DNA of 64,000 nt from an uncultured Chloroflexia bacterium (GTDB lineage: Bacteria > Chloroflexota > Limnocylindria > Limnocylindrales > CSP1-4), in assembly GCA_963841135.1 (NCBI GenBank), contig CAWJBJ010000004.1, forward strand, positions 277,306 to 341,305, read 5' to 3'. Positions 49,039 to 59,461 of the stretch are shown here, in pieces (positions within the stretch are counted from its first letter, which is position 1; each line of letters opens with the position of its first letter). Made by a program: the position numbers and the translations under genes. The notes below the pieces were generated by a model. It was not told the DNA's origin and did not search any database. It worked only from the letters and a program-made list of their open reading frames with translations.

Positions 49039-49946
49039 CGCTGCCACCTCTCGGCTCGTCGCTGGAGCCAGGTGTAGCCGATGATCGAGACGCCCATGAC
49101 GCCCACCATCCCCATGGCCATCGCATAGCCGAGTCCGACGTTGTGCAGCACGTCGCCGCTGATCTGGTTCCCGATGGCGAGCGGCACCAGGTTGACCTGT
49201 CCGGCGGTCAGCTGGTACGCCGTGGCCTGCGCCCCGAAGGAGTTCCCGAAGAGCAGGATCATGCTGCCAAGCAGCGTCGGCGTCAGGATCGGCAGCGCCA
49301 CGCGCCGCCAGTACTGGAGGCCGGTCGCACCCATGTTCTCGGCGGCCTCACGCCACTCCGGCTTCATGCCGTCGATGGCGGGCGCCATGATGAGCACCAT
49401 CAGCGGGAACTGGAAGTACAGGTACACGATCTCGAGCCCCAGCTTCGAGAAGATCGTGAAGTCGCCGGCGTAGATGTCGATGCCGATGCCCCTGAGCAGG
49501 ATCGTCACAGCGCCCTGCTGGGCGAGGGTGTAGGTGAAGGCGAGGGCCAGCGGGATCCCGGCGAAGTTCGAGGCGACGCCCGAGAAGGTCATCAGGGCGC
49601 TTCGGAAGATCCGGGGCAGACGGCCGAGGATGACCGCCAGGGCAAGTAGGAAGCCGAGGACGCCGCCGACGATCGCGGTCACGAGGCTGACCTCGATGCT
49701 GTTCCGGAACGCGTTGGCGACCAGGGGGGTCGAGAGGGCCGCGTAGTTTTGGACGGTGGGAGCCCCGGTCTCGTTGTCGGCGATGCTGCCGAGGGCCAGG
49801 AACGCGAGCGGCAGCCCGAGGAACAGCGAGCTGAACACGAAGAACGGCACGAGCCCGGCCCACGAGAAGGACCAGGTCCGGGCGCGACGAGCGGGACGCA
49901 CCGGTGGGGCGTCCCGCTCGATCTTGACCGTGGCGGCGTCGCTCAC
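49035..49946 (-). CDS. ABC permease (PotB-like)
   Basis: EAAENMGA; SNFAGIPLA; YFQFPLM. Confidence 0.9.
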   Translation of the reverse strand: MSDAATVKIERDAPPVRPARRARTWSFSWAGLVPFFVFSSLFLGLPLAFLALGSIADNETGAPTVQNYAALSTPLVANAFRNSIEVSLVTAIVGGVLGFLLALAVILGRLPRIFRSALMTFSGVASNFAGIPLALAFTYTLAQQGAVTILLRGIGIDIYAGDFTIFSKLGLEIVYLYFQFPLMVLIMAPAIDGMKPEWREAAENMGATGLQYWRRVALPILTPTLLGSMILLFGNSFGAQATAYQLTAGQVNLVPLAIGNQISGDVLHNVGLGYAMAMGMVGVMGVSIIGYTWLQRRAERWQR

Positions 49947-49968
49947 GATCGCCGATCTGGGTCTGGCG

Positions 49969-51111
49969 TTACTTGACGTCGGCCCCGACGACCGCATCCC
50001 ACTGGCCGGTGATGAGGTCCTTGGCCTTGGTCGCCTGCTCCGAGGTCGGATAGACGGCCCCGGCGATATCGGGGAGCTTGGCGATGAGGTCGCCGGACAC
50101 GCTGCGTGCCTTGAGGTCGTCAAGACGGGTCGTGTGGCAGTAGCCACCCAGCCAGCCGGCCTGGCCCTCGTCGGAGTAGAGGTACTCCATCCAGAGCTTG
50201 GCCGCGTTCGGGTGCGGGGCGTAGGCGCTGATCGCCTGAGCGTAGACGCCCAGGAACCGTCCGGCCTTCGGGACGACGACGTCGATCTCCGGATTGCCGG
50301 CGGCCAGGTCCTTATGGCCAAGGGCGTTATATGCCCAGCGGATCGTGACCGGCGTGGCGCCCGTGTCGATCGTGCCCGGCTTGGCGATCGTCGGGACGAA
50401 GTTCCCGGCGTCGTTGAGCTTCTTGAAGAAGTCGAGGCCCGGCTGGGCGTCGTCGAGCGAGCCGCCATTGGCCAGCGCGGCCGCATAGACGGCGTTGTAG
50501 GCCTGGCTGGACGCACGCGGATCGCCCGCGAGCGCGACCTTGTTCTTGTACTCGGTCGTGAGGAGGTCGGCCCAGTCGGCCGGCGACTTCGCGGCTGCCG
50601 TGTTGGTCTCGAAGGTCAGGATGCTGTAGTAGTCGCCGTACCAATACCCATCCGGGTCCTTGAGGTCGGGATCGATCGTGTCCCACGTCGCGACCTTGTA
50701 CGGCTGGATGAGCTTCTCGGCCTTGGCCGGGTCGCCGAAGGTGATGCCGACGTCGATGACGTCCGGCGCCTGCGGGCCGGGGTTGTCCTTGTTGGCCTTG
50801 ATGGCCTCGATCTCATCACCCGACCCGGCATCCGGGTTGAGCTCGTTGACGGCGAGACCGTACTTCGTCTTGAAGCCCTCGATGATGGCGCCGTAGTTGC
50901 ACCAGTCGTGCGGCAGGGCGATCGTCGAGAGCGTTCCCTCCGCCTTGGCCGCGTCGATCAGGGCCTGGCTCGGTCCGCCAGCGCCGGCCCCGGCACTTGC
51001 GCCGGCCGACGGAGCGCCGCTCGCGCCGGTCCCGGATGAGCACGCCGCGAACGCAAGGATCGCGACCGCCGCGAGACCCGCGAGGCGGGCAAACAGATGG
51101 TTCTTGGACAA
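49969..51111 (-). CDS. ABC substrate-binding lipoprotein (polyamine/2-AEP/iron class)
   Basis: GGAGGA RBS before TTG; FAAC lipobox; AAKAEG, APDVIDVG, APHPNAAKLW. Confidence 0.9.
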   Translation of the reverse strand: MSKNHLFARLAGLAAVAILAFAACSSGTGASGAPSAGASAGAGAGGPSQALIDAAKAEGTLSTIALPHDWCNYGAIIEGFKTKYGLAVNELNPDAGSGDEIEAIKANKDNPGPQAPDVIDVGITFGDPAKAEKLIQPYKVATWDTIDPDLKDPDGYWYGDYYSILTFETNTAAAKSPADWADLLTTEYKNKVALAGDPRASSQAYNAVYAAALANGGSLDDAQPGLDFFKKLNDAGNFVPTIAKPGTIDTGATPVTIRWAYNALGHKDLAAGNPEIDVVVPKAGRFLGVYAQAISAYAPHPNAAKLWMEYLYSDEGQAGWLGGYCHTTRLDDLKARSVSGDLIAKLPDIAGAVYPTSEQATKAKDLITGQWDAVVGADVK

Positions 51112-51264
51112 GGTCCGTCCTCCGATCTTCATGTGTTGAGGTATCCAAAGGGTCCAGGGTCATTGCCGATCGAGCCCTCCTCCGCTCGGCTCGGCGTCCG
51201 TGCGATCACCCCCTCATGGGCGGAACGCAGCGTCCGCCGGGGCATGATCTTCGTGCTGGTGCAT

Positions 51265-51314
51265 TTGACGTCGGGCATCAGCGCGCGTCAAGACCATGTG
51301 AGGGTTTTGTTAAC
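51265..51314. promoter_or_regulatory. Candidate regulatory sites in the divergent region
   Basis: TTGACG...CGTCAA inverted pair (51265-51291) and GTGAG-N6-GTTAAC (51298-51314), resembling a GlnR-type box. Confidence 0.35.
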
Positions 51315-51495
51315 GCCTCATGGTCCGCAAGTGTACGTTTCGTGCTTGCCTCGGATCGAGCCGGTCGGTGGCCGTATCGCAGGGCGAAGCGCGCGGGGAA
51401 CGAGGGCGTCCGCGGGGTGGGCCACCGACCTATACTCCCTTCCGATCGGCGTGCCGGCTCGCTCGGCCAGGCCGTTTCCGCGGGAGGATCGGTCG

Positions 51496-52323
51496 ATGGC
51501 CGTTGGCCCTGGCGAAACCGGCGAGGCGCGGACCCTGCAGGATCCGCTGGCGGAGTCGCTCCGCATCGTCGACCTCGCGGAGCAGCGCGGCCTCCTGGTG
51601 CGGCTCATGGGCGGCATGGCCATCCGCGCCCATGCCCCGGACTGGCCGGCCCGGACCCGACGCGTCGAGGTCGATCTCGACTTCGCGACCCGATCGCGCG
51701 ACCGCGGGGCCTTCTACGAGCTCCTGGCCAAGGAGGGCTACACGCCCGACAAGCGCCACAACGCCCTCTTCGGCGGCAAGCAGGCGTACTTCGTGGACGT
51801 GCCCCGTAACCGGCCGGTCGACGTGCTCGTGGATAGCCTCGAGATGTGTCACCGCTTCGAGTTCGGCGACCGCCTGGCGAAGTCCAGCCCGACGCTGCCG
51901 CTGGCGGAGCTGATCCTCTCGAAGCTCCAGGTCGTGAAGATCAACCGCAAGGACGTCCTGGACGCGCTGGTCCTCCTCTCGGAACACCCCCTGGGCCCGG
52001 ACGACGGTGCGCCGGACGCGCGTCACGGGCTCGGGACGATCAACGTGCCGCGGATCCTGTCCTTCACGTCGAACGACTGGGGGTGGTGGCGGACGGTCAC
52101 CGGCAACCTCGACACCCTGGACCAGTACCTCGCGACCGAGTTGAAGCCCGATGACCTCGACCTGAATAACGGGCGGGCGATCCTGTTCGATCCGGCGTCG
52201 CAGGTGGCCGAGCTGCGCAAGGCCATCGACGATGCGCCGAAATCCACGAAGTGGAAGCTGCGCGCCAGGGTCGGGGAGCGGCAGACCTGGTACCAGGAGC
52301 CCGAAGAGATGGGGCACGGCTGA
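51496..52323 (+). CDS. Pol-beta-superfamily nucleotidyltransferase-like protein
   Basis: RLMGGMAI...DLDF, VDVLVD, LSKLQ...KD..D; GGGAGG RBS; TATACT at 51431. Confidence 0.78.
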   Translation: MAVGPGETGEARTLQDPLAESLRIVDLAEQRGLLVRLMGGMAIRAHAPDWPARTRRVEVDLDFATRSRDRGAFYELLAKEGYTPDKRHNALFGGKQAYFVDVPRNRPVDVLVDSLEMCHRFEFGDRLAKSSPTLPLAELILSKLQVVKINRKDVLDALVLLSEHPLGPDDGAPDARHGLGTINVPRILSFTSNDWGWWRTVTGNLDTLDQYLATELKPDDLDLNNGRAILFDPASQVAELRKAIDDAPKSTKWKLRARVGERQTWYQEPEEMGHG

Positions 52324-53261
52324 TGCGGATCTTCTTCGCGACCGACATCCACGGTTCCGACATCTGCTGGCGCAAGTTCCTCAATGCCGGGAAGTTCCAC
52401 AAGGCGGATGTGCTGATCATGGGCGGCGACATGACCGGCAAGGCGATGGTGCCGATCGTCGCGAACGGCTCGAACTGGGACCTCGAGCTCCAGGGTCAGC
52501 AGCAGACGCTGCGGACCGAGGAGGAGCTCCAGGCGATGGAGAAGCGGATCAGCGACCGCGGCTACTACCCGGTGCGGCTGACCCGCGACGAGGTCGACGC
52601 CTGGACGGCCGACGCCACGCTCGTCGACACGCGGTTCAAGGCCGAGATGCTCGGCAACGTCGAGCGCTGGATGGCCCTCGGCGACGAGCGGCTGGCCGGG
52701 ACCGGGATCCGCTGCGTCGTGTCGCCGGCCAACGACGACATCTTCGAGATCGATCCGATCATCGACCGGGCCGAGCACATCGAGCTCGGCGAGGCCAACA
52801 CGATCGAGCTCGACGGGTTCACGCTCGTCTCGACCGGTTGGGCGAACCCGACGCCCTGGAACACCTTCCGGGAACTCCCGGAGCCCGAGCTGCGCGAGCG
52901 GATCGACGGCCTCGTCGCCCAGGTCGCGGACCCGAAGCGGGCGATCTTCAACTTCCACGCCCCGCCGTACGGCTCGAACCTGGACAACGCCCCGAAGATC
53001 GATTCCGAGATGCGCTACGTGTCGGCCGGCCAGGCCCTGATCCCGGTGGGATCGACCGCGGTCCGGGAGTCGATCCTCGCGTACGGCCCGCCGCTGTCCC
53101 TGCATGGCCACATCCACGAGGGCAAGGGCGCCGTCAAGCTCGGGCCCACGCTCGCGGTGAACCCCGGAAGCTCGTACGAGGATGGCGTCCTCCAGGCGGC
53201 GATCGTCGATCTCGACACAAAGAAGGGAACGGTGAAGCGCTATCTGCTGATCAACGGATAA
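52323..53261 (+). CDS. Calcineurin-like metallophosphoesterase (Icc-related)
   Basis: TDIHG, GGD, ANDD, FHAPP, HGHIHE, NPGS; TGATG overlap with the NTase. Confidence 0.9.
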   Translation: MRIFFATDIHGSDICWRKFLNAGKFHKADVLIMGGDMTGKAMVPIVANGSNWDLELQGQQQTLRTEEELQAMEKRISDRGYYPVRLTRDEVDAWTADATLVDTRFKAEMLGNVERWMALGDERLAGTGIRCVVSPANDDIFEIDPIIDRAEHIELGEANTIELDGFTLVSTGWANPTPWNTFRELPEPELRERIDGLVAQVADPKRAIFNFHAPPYGSNLDNAPKIDSEMRYVSAGQALIPVGSTAVRESILAYGPPLSLHGHIHEGKGAVKLGPTLAVNPGSSYEDGVLQAAIVDLDTKKGTVKRYLLING

Positions 53262-53286
53262 GCCCGCGTCTCGGACGCCCATCCGT

Positions 53287-53400
53287 GCGTTGTCCGCTGC
53301 GCCCGCTCGCTCACGCAGGAACCATCGGGCCGATGGCTAGCGCGGCGTCACCTCGGACCTCCGGGAGTGGTTCGCTCGCTCTCGTGCTCACGGCCGCCTT
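53287..53400. repeat. Structured intergenic repeat element, copy B
   Basis: Same conserved arms as 15865-15948 with a longer central insert (GAACCA...TGGTTC stem). Confidence 0.7.
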
Positions 53401-53446
53401 CGGCTGAACGCCGATCCATCGGGCTTGGGGGAGTAGGAGGGAAAAA

Positions 53447-55237
53447 ATGGCATCTGGCACTGCTCCGTCGCTGTTCCTCAGGAATGCGACGGGTCTGGTC
53501 AAGGGGTGGTCCGGCTTCGACGCGTTCACGTACTCGTTCATGTCGGTCAACCTGGTCACGCTGGGCATGTTCTACAGCCTGGCGATCTTCGCCTACGTCC
53601 CCGACGGATCGGCGATCGCTTCGATCCTGGTCACGGCCGTCGGCATGACCTTCGTGGTCATCGCCTACGCGAGCCTGATCGCGGTCATGCCGCGCGCCGG
53701 GGGCGACTACGTCTGGCAGACGCGAGTGCTCGATGGCATCCCCGGCGCCGTCACCGGCGGGGCCTTCGGCGCGATCGCGGTCTTCCTCGTGGGCACGGCG
53801 ACCGGCCTCGACTCGATCGTGACGCTCGTCGGATCGGTCCTCGGCGCCCTGGCCGGTGCGTCCATCGGCCTGAAGCGCGGTGGCGTCGGCTTCGTGCTGT
53901 CGGCCACCGGGTGGTGGTTCATCCTCGCCCTCTGGGCACCCATCTACGGCTTCATCCTGAAGATCGAGTTCGTCCAGCCGCTTGCGGCCCTGCTCGGCTG
54001 GACCGCCGGCGTCGACTTCTTCGGCACCTCAGACGGCACGTTCGCGGTCTCGATCGCCACGATCGTCATCACGTCCGCACTGGTCGCGCTGGGGATGGCC
54101 GGCTACGCGCGCATCCAGCGCTGGAGCCTGTGGATCGGGCTGGCGGCGCTCCTCGTGATGTTCGTCCTGATGCTCATCACGACCGTCGACACCTTCAAGC
54201 CTGCGTACGACCGCGCCGCCGAGAACATGTTCGGCGTCACGAACGCCTACCAGGCCACGATCGACCAGGCCGCGTCCGATCCGGCATCGGGCTATACGGG
54301 CTCCGAGCTCGACCCGGTCTCCTTCGGCCCCGGCACCATGCTGCTGGTCCCGTTCATGCTGTTCTTCCTGCTCTACCCCAACTGGGGCGCGACGCTGTAC
54401 GGCGAGGTCCGCGGCTCCGGTGACTTCCGAAAGGTGCTCCGGGGCATGCTCGGCGGCCTGTGGGTCACGGTCGCGCTCGCGATCGTGTTCCTGCTCCTGG
54501 CCGCTCGCTCGTTCGGCTGGACGTTCTTCAACGCCTCCAACGTCACGTACGTCAACTACGCCTACGCGTACTCGACGACACCGCCGCCGATGCCGATCTG
54601 GGGCTACCCGCCGATGCTCGCCGCGTTCGTCATCGACAGCAACATCGTCCAGGCCCTCATCGTGCTCGCCTTCGGCTTCTGGTGGATCGGGTGGACGGGA
54701 ACGCTGTTCCTGTCATCGACCCGGATGATCTTCGCCGCGGCGTTCGACCGGATGCTCCCCGAGTGGGCCGGTCGCGTGTCCGAAGGCCGGGGCGTGCCGT
54801 GGGCGGCGCTCACGCTGATCATGGTCCCGTCGATCGTGCTCAGCTGGCTCTACGCCTACAACAGCGACTTCTATGGGCTGACGCTCGACGCCACGCTCGT
54901 CATCGCGGTCACGTTCTTCGGGACGGCGATCGCCGCGACGATCCTGCCCTGGTGGAAGAAGGACCTCTACGAGGCCTCGCCCATCGCCAGCCACAGGCTC
55001 CTCGGCCTGCCGATCATCGCGGTCGCCGGCGCGATCTCGACCATCTTCCTGGGCTGGGTCATCTTCACGTGGCTGTCGAATGCGCTGTACGGGATCGGCA
55101 TCGGCAACGCCAACTCGATCCTGTTCCTCGCCATCCTCTATGGCGCCGCGGCCGTGCTGTACGTCGCGGCTCGCCTGTTCCGGCGCTCGCAGGGCATCGA
55201 TCTCGATGCCATCCATGCGGAGATCCCGGCCGAGTAG
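53447..55237 (+). CDS. APC family amino acid/amine permease
   Basis: FLRNATGLV, MPRAGGDYVW, GEVR, R.IFA.AFDR.LP; AGGAGG RBS. Confidence 0.88.
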   Translation: MASGTAPSLFLRNATGLVKGWSGFDAFTYSFMSVNLVTLGMFYSLAIFAYVPDGSAIASILVTAVGMTFVVIAYASLIAVMPRAGGDYVWQTRVLDGIPGAVTGGAFGAIAVFLVGTATGLDSIVTLVGSVLGALAGASIGLKRGGVGFVLSATGWWFILALWAPIYGFILKIEFVQPLAALLGWTAGVDFFGTSDGTFAVSIATIVITSALVALGMAGYARIQRWSLWIGLAALLVMFVLMLITTVDTFKPAYDRAAENMFGVTNAYQATIDQAASDPASGYTGSELDPVSFGPGTMLLVPFMLFFLLYPNWGATLYGEVRGSGDFRKVLRGMLGGLWVTVALAIVFLLLAARSFGWTFFNASNVTYVNYAYAYSTTPPPMPIWGYPPMLAAFVIDSNIVQALIVLAFGFWWIGWTGTLFLSSTRMIFAAAFDRMLPEWAGRVSEGRGVPWAALTLIMVPSIVLSWLYAYNSDFYGLTLDATLVIAVTFFGTAIAATILPWWKKDLYEASPIASHRLLGLPIIAVAGAISTIFLGWVIFTWLSNALYGIGIGNANSILFLAILYGAAAVLYVAARLFRRSQGIDLDAIHAEIPAE

Positions 55238-55264
55238 CCCGGGCTTCGCGATCGCGGACACGAC

Positions 55265-55293
55265 GAAGACGCCTCGGTCCCCGAGGCGTCTTC
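55265..55293. terminator. Hairpin between convergent genes (likely bidirectional terminator)
   Basis: GAAGACGCCTCGG-TCC-CCGAGGCGTCTTC. Confidence 0.7.
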
Positions 55294-55297
55294 CGAT

Positions 55298-56773
55298 TCA
55301 GCCGCCGAACCAGCCCGACGGTCCGGGTGACGTGTTCTGCCAGATGTGCTTGGCCTCGCGGTACTCGTCGAGCCCGCTCGGACCGAGCTCACGCCCGATG
55401 CCCGACTGCTTGAACCCGCCCCATTCCGCTTGCGGGACGTACGCGTTGTAGTCGTTGATCCACACGGTCCCGTGGCGGAGTCGGGCGGCCACCCGCTGCG
55501 CACGGCCCGCGTCGGCCGTCCAGACGGCACCGGCCAGGCCGTACGTGGTGTCGTTGCCGAGCTCGATCGCCTCGTCCTCGGTCGAGAACCGCTCGATCGT
55601 CAGGACCGGGCCGAAGACCTCCTCGCGGATGATCCGCATGTCGCGGCGGACGTCGGCGAAGACCGTCGGTCGGTAGAAGAAGCCGGCTTGGAGCTCCGGC
55701 TCATCGGGGCGACGGCCGCCCGCGACGAGGCGGGCGCCCTCCTCGACCGCCGACGCGACATAACCCTCCACCTTGTCGCGATGGGCCGCGCTGATGAGCG
55801 CGCCTGTCTCGGTCGCATCGTCGGTTCCGTGGCCGAGGCGGATCCGGTCGGCGCGCCGGCCGACCTCCTCGACGAATCGCTCGTAGATCTCGTCCTCGAC
55901 GATCGCCCGGCAGCCGGCCGAGCAGACCTGCCCCGAGTGGGCGAAGGCCGCCGTCAGGGCGTTGTCCACCGCGGTCTCGAAGTCGGCGTCGGCGAACACG
56001 ATGTTCGGGCTCTTGCCGCCGAGTTCCAGCGCGACCCTCTTGACGTTGACCGCGGCGCCCCTCATCAGCGCGCGACCCGCCTCCAAGCCGCCGGTCAGCG
56101 ACACGAGGTCGACGTCCGGGCTGTCGGCCAGGGCCTGTCCGACGCGCGTGCCCGGGCCGAGGACCAGGTTGACGACGCCCGCCGGGACCCCGGCCTCCTC
56201 GAAGAGGCGGGTCAGGTGGATCGTCGACAACGGCGTCACCTGGGCCGGCTTCATGACCGCGGTGTTCCCGGCCGCGAGGGCCGGCGCGATCTTCCAGCTC
56301 ATCTGGAGGAGCGGGTAGTTCCACGGCCCGATGAGCCCGCACACCCCGACCGGCTCGTACACGATCCGGCTGAGGACGTTGGGGTTGCTCGCATCGACGA
56401 TCCGGCCTGCCTCCTTGTCGGCGAGGTCCGCGTAGTAGCGGAAGACCCGGGCCACGTCCGCCATGTCCCAGCGGCTCTCGCGCATCGCCTTTCCGGTGTT
56501 CAGGGTCTCCTCGCGCGCCATCGACTCCTGGTCCCGGTCGATGAAGCCGGCGACCTCCTGGAGCAGCGCGGCGCGCTCGCCGGTCGGACGCCGCGACCAG
56601 TCGCCGGCATCGAAGGCTCGTCGCGCGGCGGCGATGGCCGCCTGCACCTGGTCATCCGTCGCGACGTCGACCTCGGTGACGACGGCGCCGTCGGACGGGT
56701 TGATCACCGGACTGCAGGCGCCATCGCCCGATGCAATCCACTGACCGTCGATGAAGAGGCTGGGCACGGTCAC
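55298..56773 (-). CDS. Aldehyde dehydrogenase (betaine/aminoaldehyde type)
   Basis: PWNYP, LELGGKSP, GQVCSAG, EEVFGP, WGGFKQSG.GRELG. Confidence 0.93.
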   Translation of the reverse strand: MTVPSLFIDGQWIASGDGACSPVINPSDGAVVTEVDVATDDQVQAAIAAARRAFDAGDWSRRPTGERAALLQEVAGFIDRDQESMAREETLNTGKAMRESRWDMADVARVFRYYADLADKEAGRIVDASNPNVLSRIVYEPVGVCGLIGPWNYPLLQMSWKIAPALAAGNTAVMKPAQVTPLSTIHLTRLFEEAGVPAGVVNLVLGPGTRVGQALADSPDVDLVSLTGGLEAGRALMRGAAVNVKRVALELGGKSPNIVFADADFETAVDNALTAAFAHSGQVCSAGCRAIVEDEIYERFVEEVGRRADRIRLGHGTDDATETGALISAAHRDKVEGYVASAVEEGARLVAGGRRPDEPELQAGFFYRPTVFADVRRDMRIIREEVFGPVLTIERFSTEDEAIELGNDTTYGLAGAVWTADAGRAQRVAARLRHGTVWINDYNAYVPQAEWGGFKQSGIGRELGPSGLDEYREAKHIWQNTSPGPSGWFGG

Positions 56774-56930
56774 CTCGGCGTGCTCGATCGGGGGCCAGCT
56801 TCGACCGGCCGGGTCCGCGCGTCAAGGCGACGATGCACCGGGCGGGCCGGCGCGTCGGCCGCCGAGCGGGCGGGTATCCTCACGGCTCGCGGTGACAGGG
56901 GTTCCCCGCTCACGGAGGGCGATTTTCGGC

Positions 56931-59448
56931 ATGAGCGCGTTTCCCGATCGGGCGGGTGTGGTCGTCATCGGCGCGGGGATCGTGGGCAACAGCATGGCCT
57001 ACCACCTGGCCCGGCTCGGCTGGCGCGACATCGTCCTGGTGGAGAAGGGGACGCTCCCGAACCCAGGCGGCTCGACCGGTCACGCGTCGAACTTCATCTT
57101 CACGACGGACCACTCCAAGGAGATGACCGCGCTGACGCTCGACAGCGTCAAGCAGTACCAGGAGCTGGGCGTCTTCACGCAGAGCGGCGGGATCGAGGTC
57201 GCCCGGACGCCCGAGCGGATGGAGGAGCTGAAGCGCCGACTCGCGGCCTCGAAGGCATGGGGGATCGAGTCCGAGCTCATCGATCCGGCGCGGGTCAGGG
57301 CCCTGGTCCCCTACATAGAGACATCGATCATCCTGGGCGGCTTCCACACGCCGGGGGTCGGGGTCGTGGACTCGCTGCGCGCCGGCACGATCATGCGCGA
57401 GCGCGCGACGGAGATGGGTGCGCTGACGATCGCGGCGGGCGCCGAGGTGACCGGGATCGACGTGGTCGACGGGCACGTTCGCGGCGTCCGGACGGACAAG
57501 GGCGACATCGCCGCCGACACGGTCCTTATCTGCTGCGGGGTCTGGAGCCCGCGGATCGCGCGCATGGCCGGCGCGTCCATCCCGCTCACGCCGGCCATCC
57601 ACCAGATGATCAGCGTCGGTCCCGTGCCGCTCTTTGCCGACACGGTCGGCGAGATCCGGTACCCGATCGTGCGCGACATGGACACGAACATGTACGAGCG
57701 TCAGCACGGCGGCGACCTCGAGGTCGGATCGTATGCGCACCGGCCGATCCTCATGGACCCCGACGACATCCCCTCGATCGCCGCGTCGAAGCTCTCGCCG
57801 ACCGAGCTGCCGTTCACCCAGGACGACTTCGAGCCGCAGCTCGAGCAGGCCCTCGAGCTCGTGCCGGACATCCTGGGCGACGAGCGCGTCGGCATCCGCC
57901 ACTCGATCAACGGGCTGCTCTCACTGACGCCTGACGGGATGCCGATCCTCGGCGAGACGCCCGAGGTCAAGGGCCTCTGGTCGGCCGCGGCCATCTGGAT
58001 CAAGGAGGCGCCAGGGATCGCGCGGACCGTCGCCGAGTGGATGACTCACGGCACGCCGGAGATCGATCCGCACTCGTCCGACATCGCACGCTTCTACGAC
58101 CATCACCGGACCGCGACGCACATCGCGGCGCGCAGCGCCGAGGGCTTCAACAAGACCTACGGCATCGTCCACCCGATGGAGCAGTGGGCGACGAATCGGG
58201 ACGTCCGGCTGAGCCCGGTCAACGCACGGCAGCAGCGGGCTGGGCGCCGTGTTCTTCGAGGCCGCTGGCTGGGAGCGGCCGTTCTGGTACGAGGCCAACG
58301 AGCGCCTCCTGGCCGAGTACGGGGACCGGGTCATGCCCCGCGAAGCCGAGTGGGAATCGCGATGGTGGTCGCCGATCGTCAACGCCGAGCATCTCGCGAT
58401 GCGCGAGCGCGTGGGCATGGTGGACCTCGCCGCGTTCGCGATCTTCGATGTGAGCGGCCCGGGCGCGATGGCCTATCTCCAGGGGCTCGCGGTCAACCAG
58501 GTCGATGTGGCGGTCGGGCGGGTCGTGTACACGCCGCTCCTCAACGAGGCCGGCGGCATCGTCGCGGACCTCACGATCATGCGCCTGCGCCACGACCTGT
58601 TCCGGGTCGTCACGGGCGGCGGCATGGGGATGCGCGACAAGAAGTGGTTCGTGGACCACCTGCCGGCCGACGGGTCTGCGCAGCTGTTCGATGCGACGTC
58701 GGCGCTGTACACGCTCGGCGTGTGGGGGCCACGGGCCCGGGACCTCCTCAGCGCCGCGACCGAGGACGACGTCTCGAACGAGGCCTTCCCGTTCGGGACC
58801 TGGCGGACGATCGATGTCGACGGCGTGCGGACGCTCGCCTCGCGGATCTCGTACGTGGGCGAGCTCGGCTGGGAGATCTACGCGCCGATGGAGCAGGGCG
58901 CCCGCCTGTGGGACCGGTTGTGGGATGCGGGCCAGGCGCCCGGTGTCGTCGCGGTCGGGATCGGCGTCTACGGCACGACCGGCCGGCTGGAGAAGGGCTA
59001 CCGCGCGCACGGCGCCGAGCTGGAGCTCGACTTCGACCTCGTCGAGGCGGGCATGGCCCGTCCAAAGGTCAAGGACGCCGACTTCGTCGGGAAGGCCGCG
59101 TATCTCGAGCAGCGGTCCCGGCCGCCCGCCGCGATCCTCTGCACGCTCACCGTCGACGATCCGACGTCGTCATCGGGCGTGGCGCGGTACATGCTCGGCA
59201 AGGAGCCGGTGATGACGCCGGACGGGCAGCCGCTCGTGGACGCCAAGGGTCGCCGCTCGTACGTGACGAGCGCCGGGTCTGGGCCCTCGGTCGGCCGGCA
59301 CATCCTGATGTCGTACCTGCCGCCCGAGTCGGCCATGGTCGGCACGAAGCTCGCGGTCGAGTACTTCGGCGAGCAGTACCCGGTGACCGTCGCCGTCGCG
59401 GGGAGCACCCCGCTGTTCGATCCGGACAACGACCGGATCCGCGGTTGA
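56931..59448 (+). CDS. GcvT-family FAD oxidoreductase (dimethylglycine oxidase/dehydrogenase-like; frameshift near 58238)
   Basis: VIGAGIVG, GSTGHAS, TPDG.P.LG, GWERP.WY, R.SYVGELGWE, RLEKGYR. Confidence 0.88.
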
Positions 59449-59461
59449 GGCGGCGTCCGTC

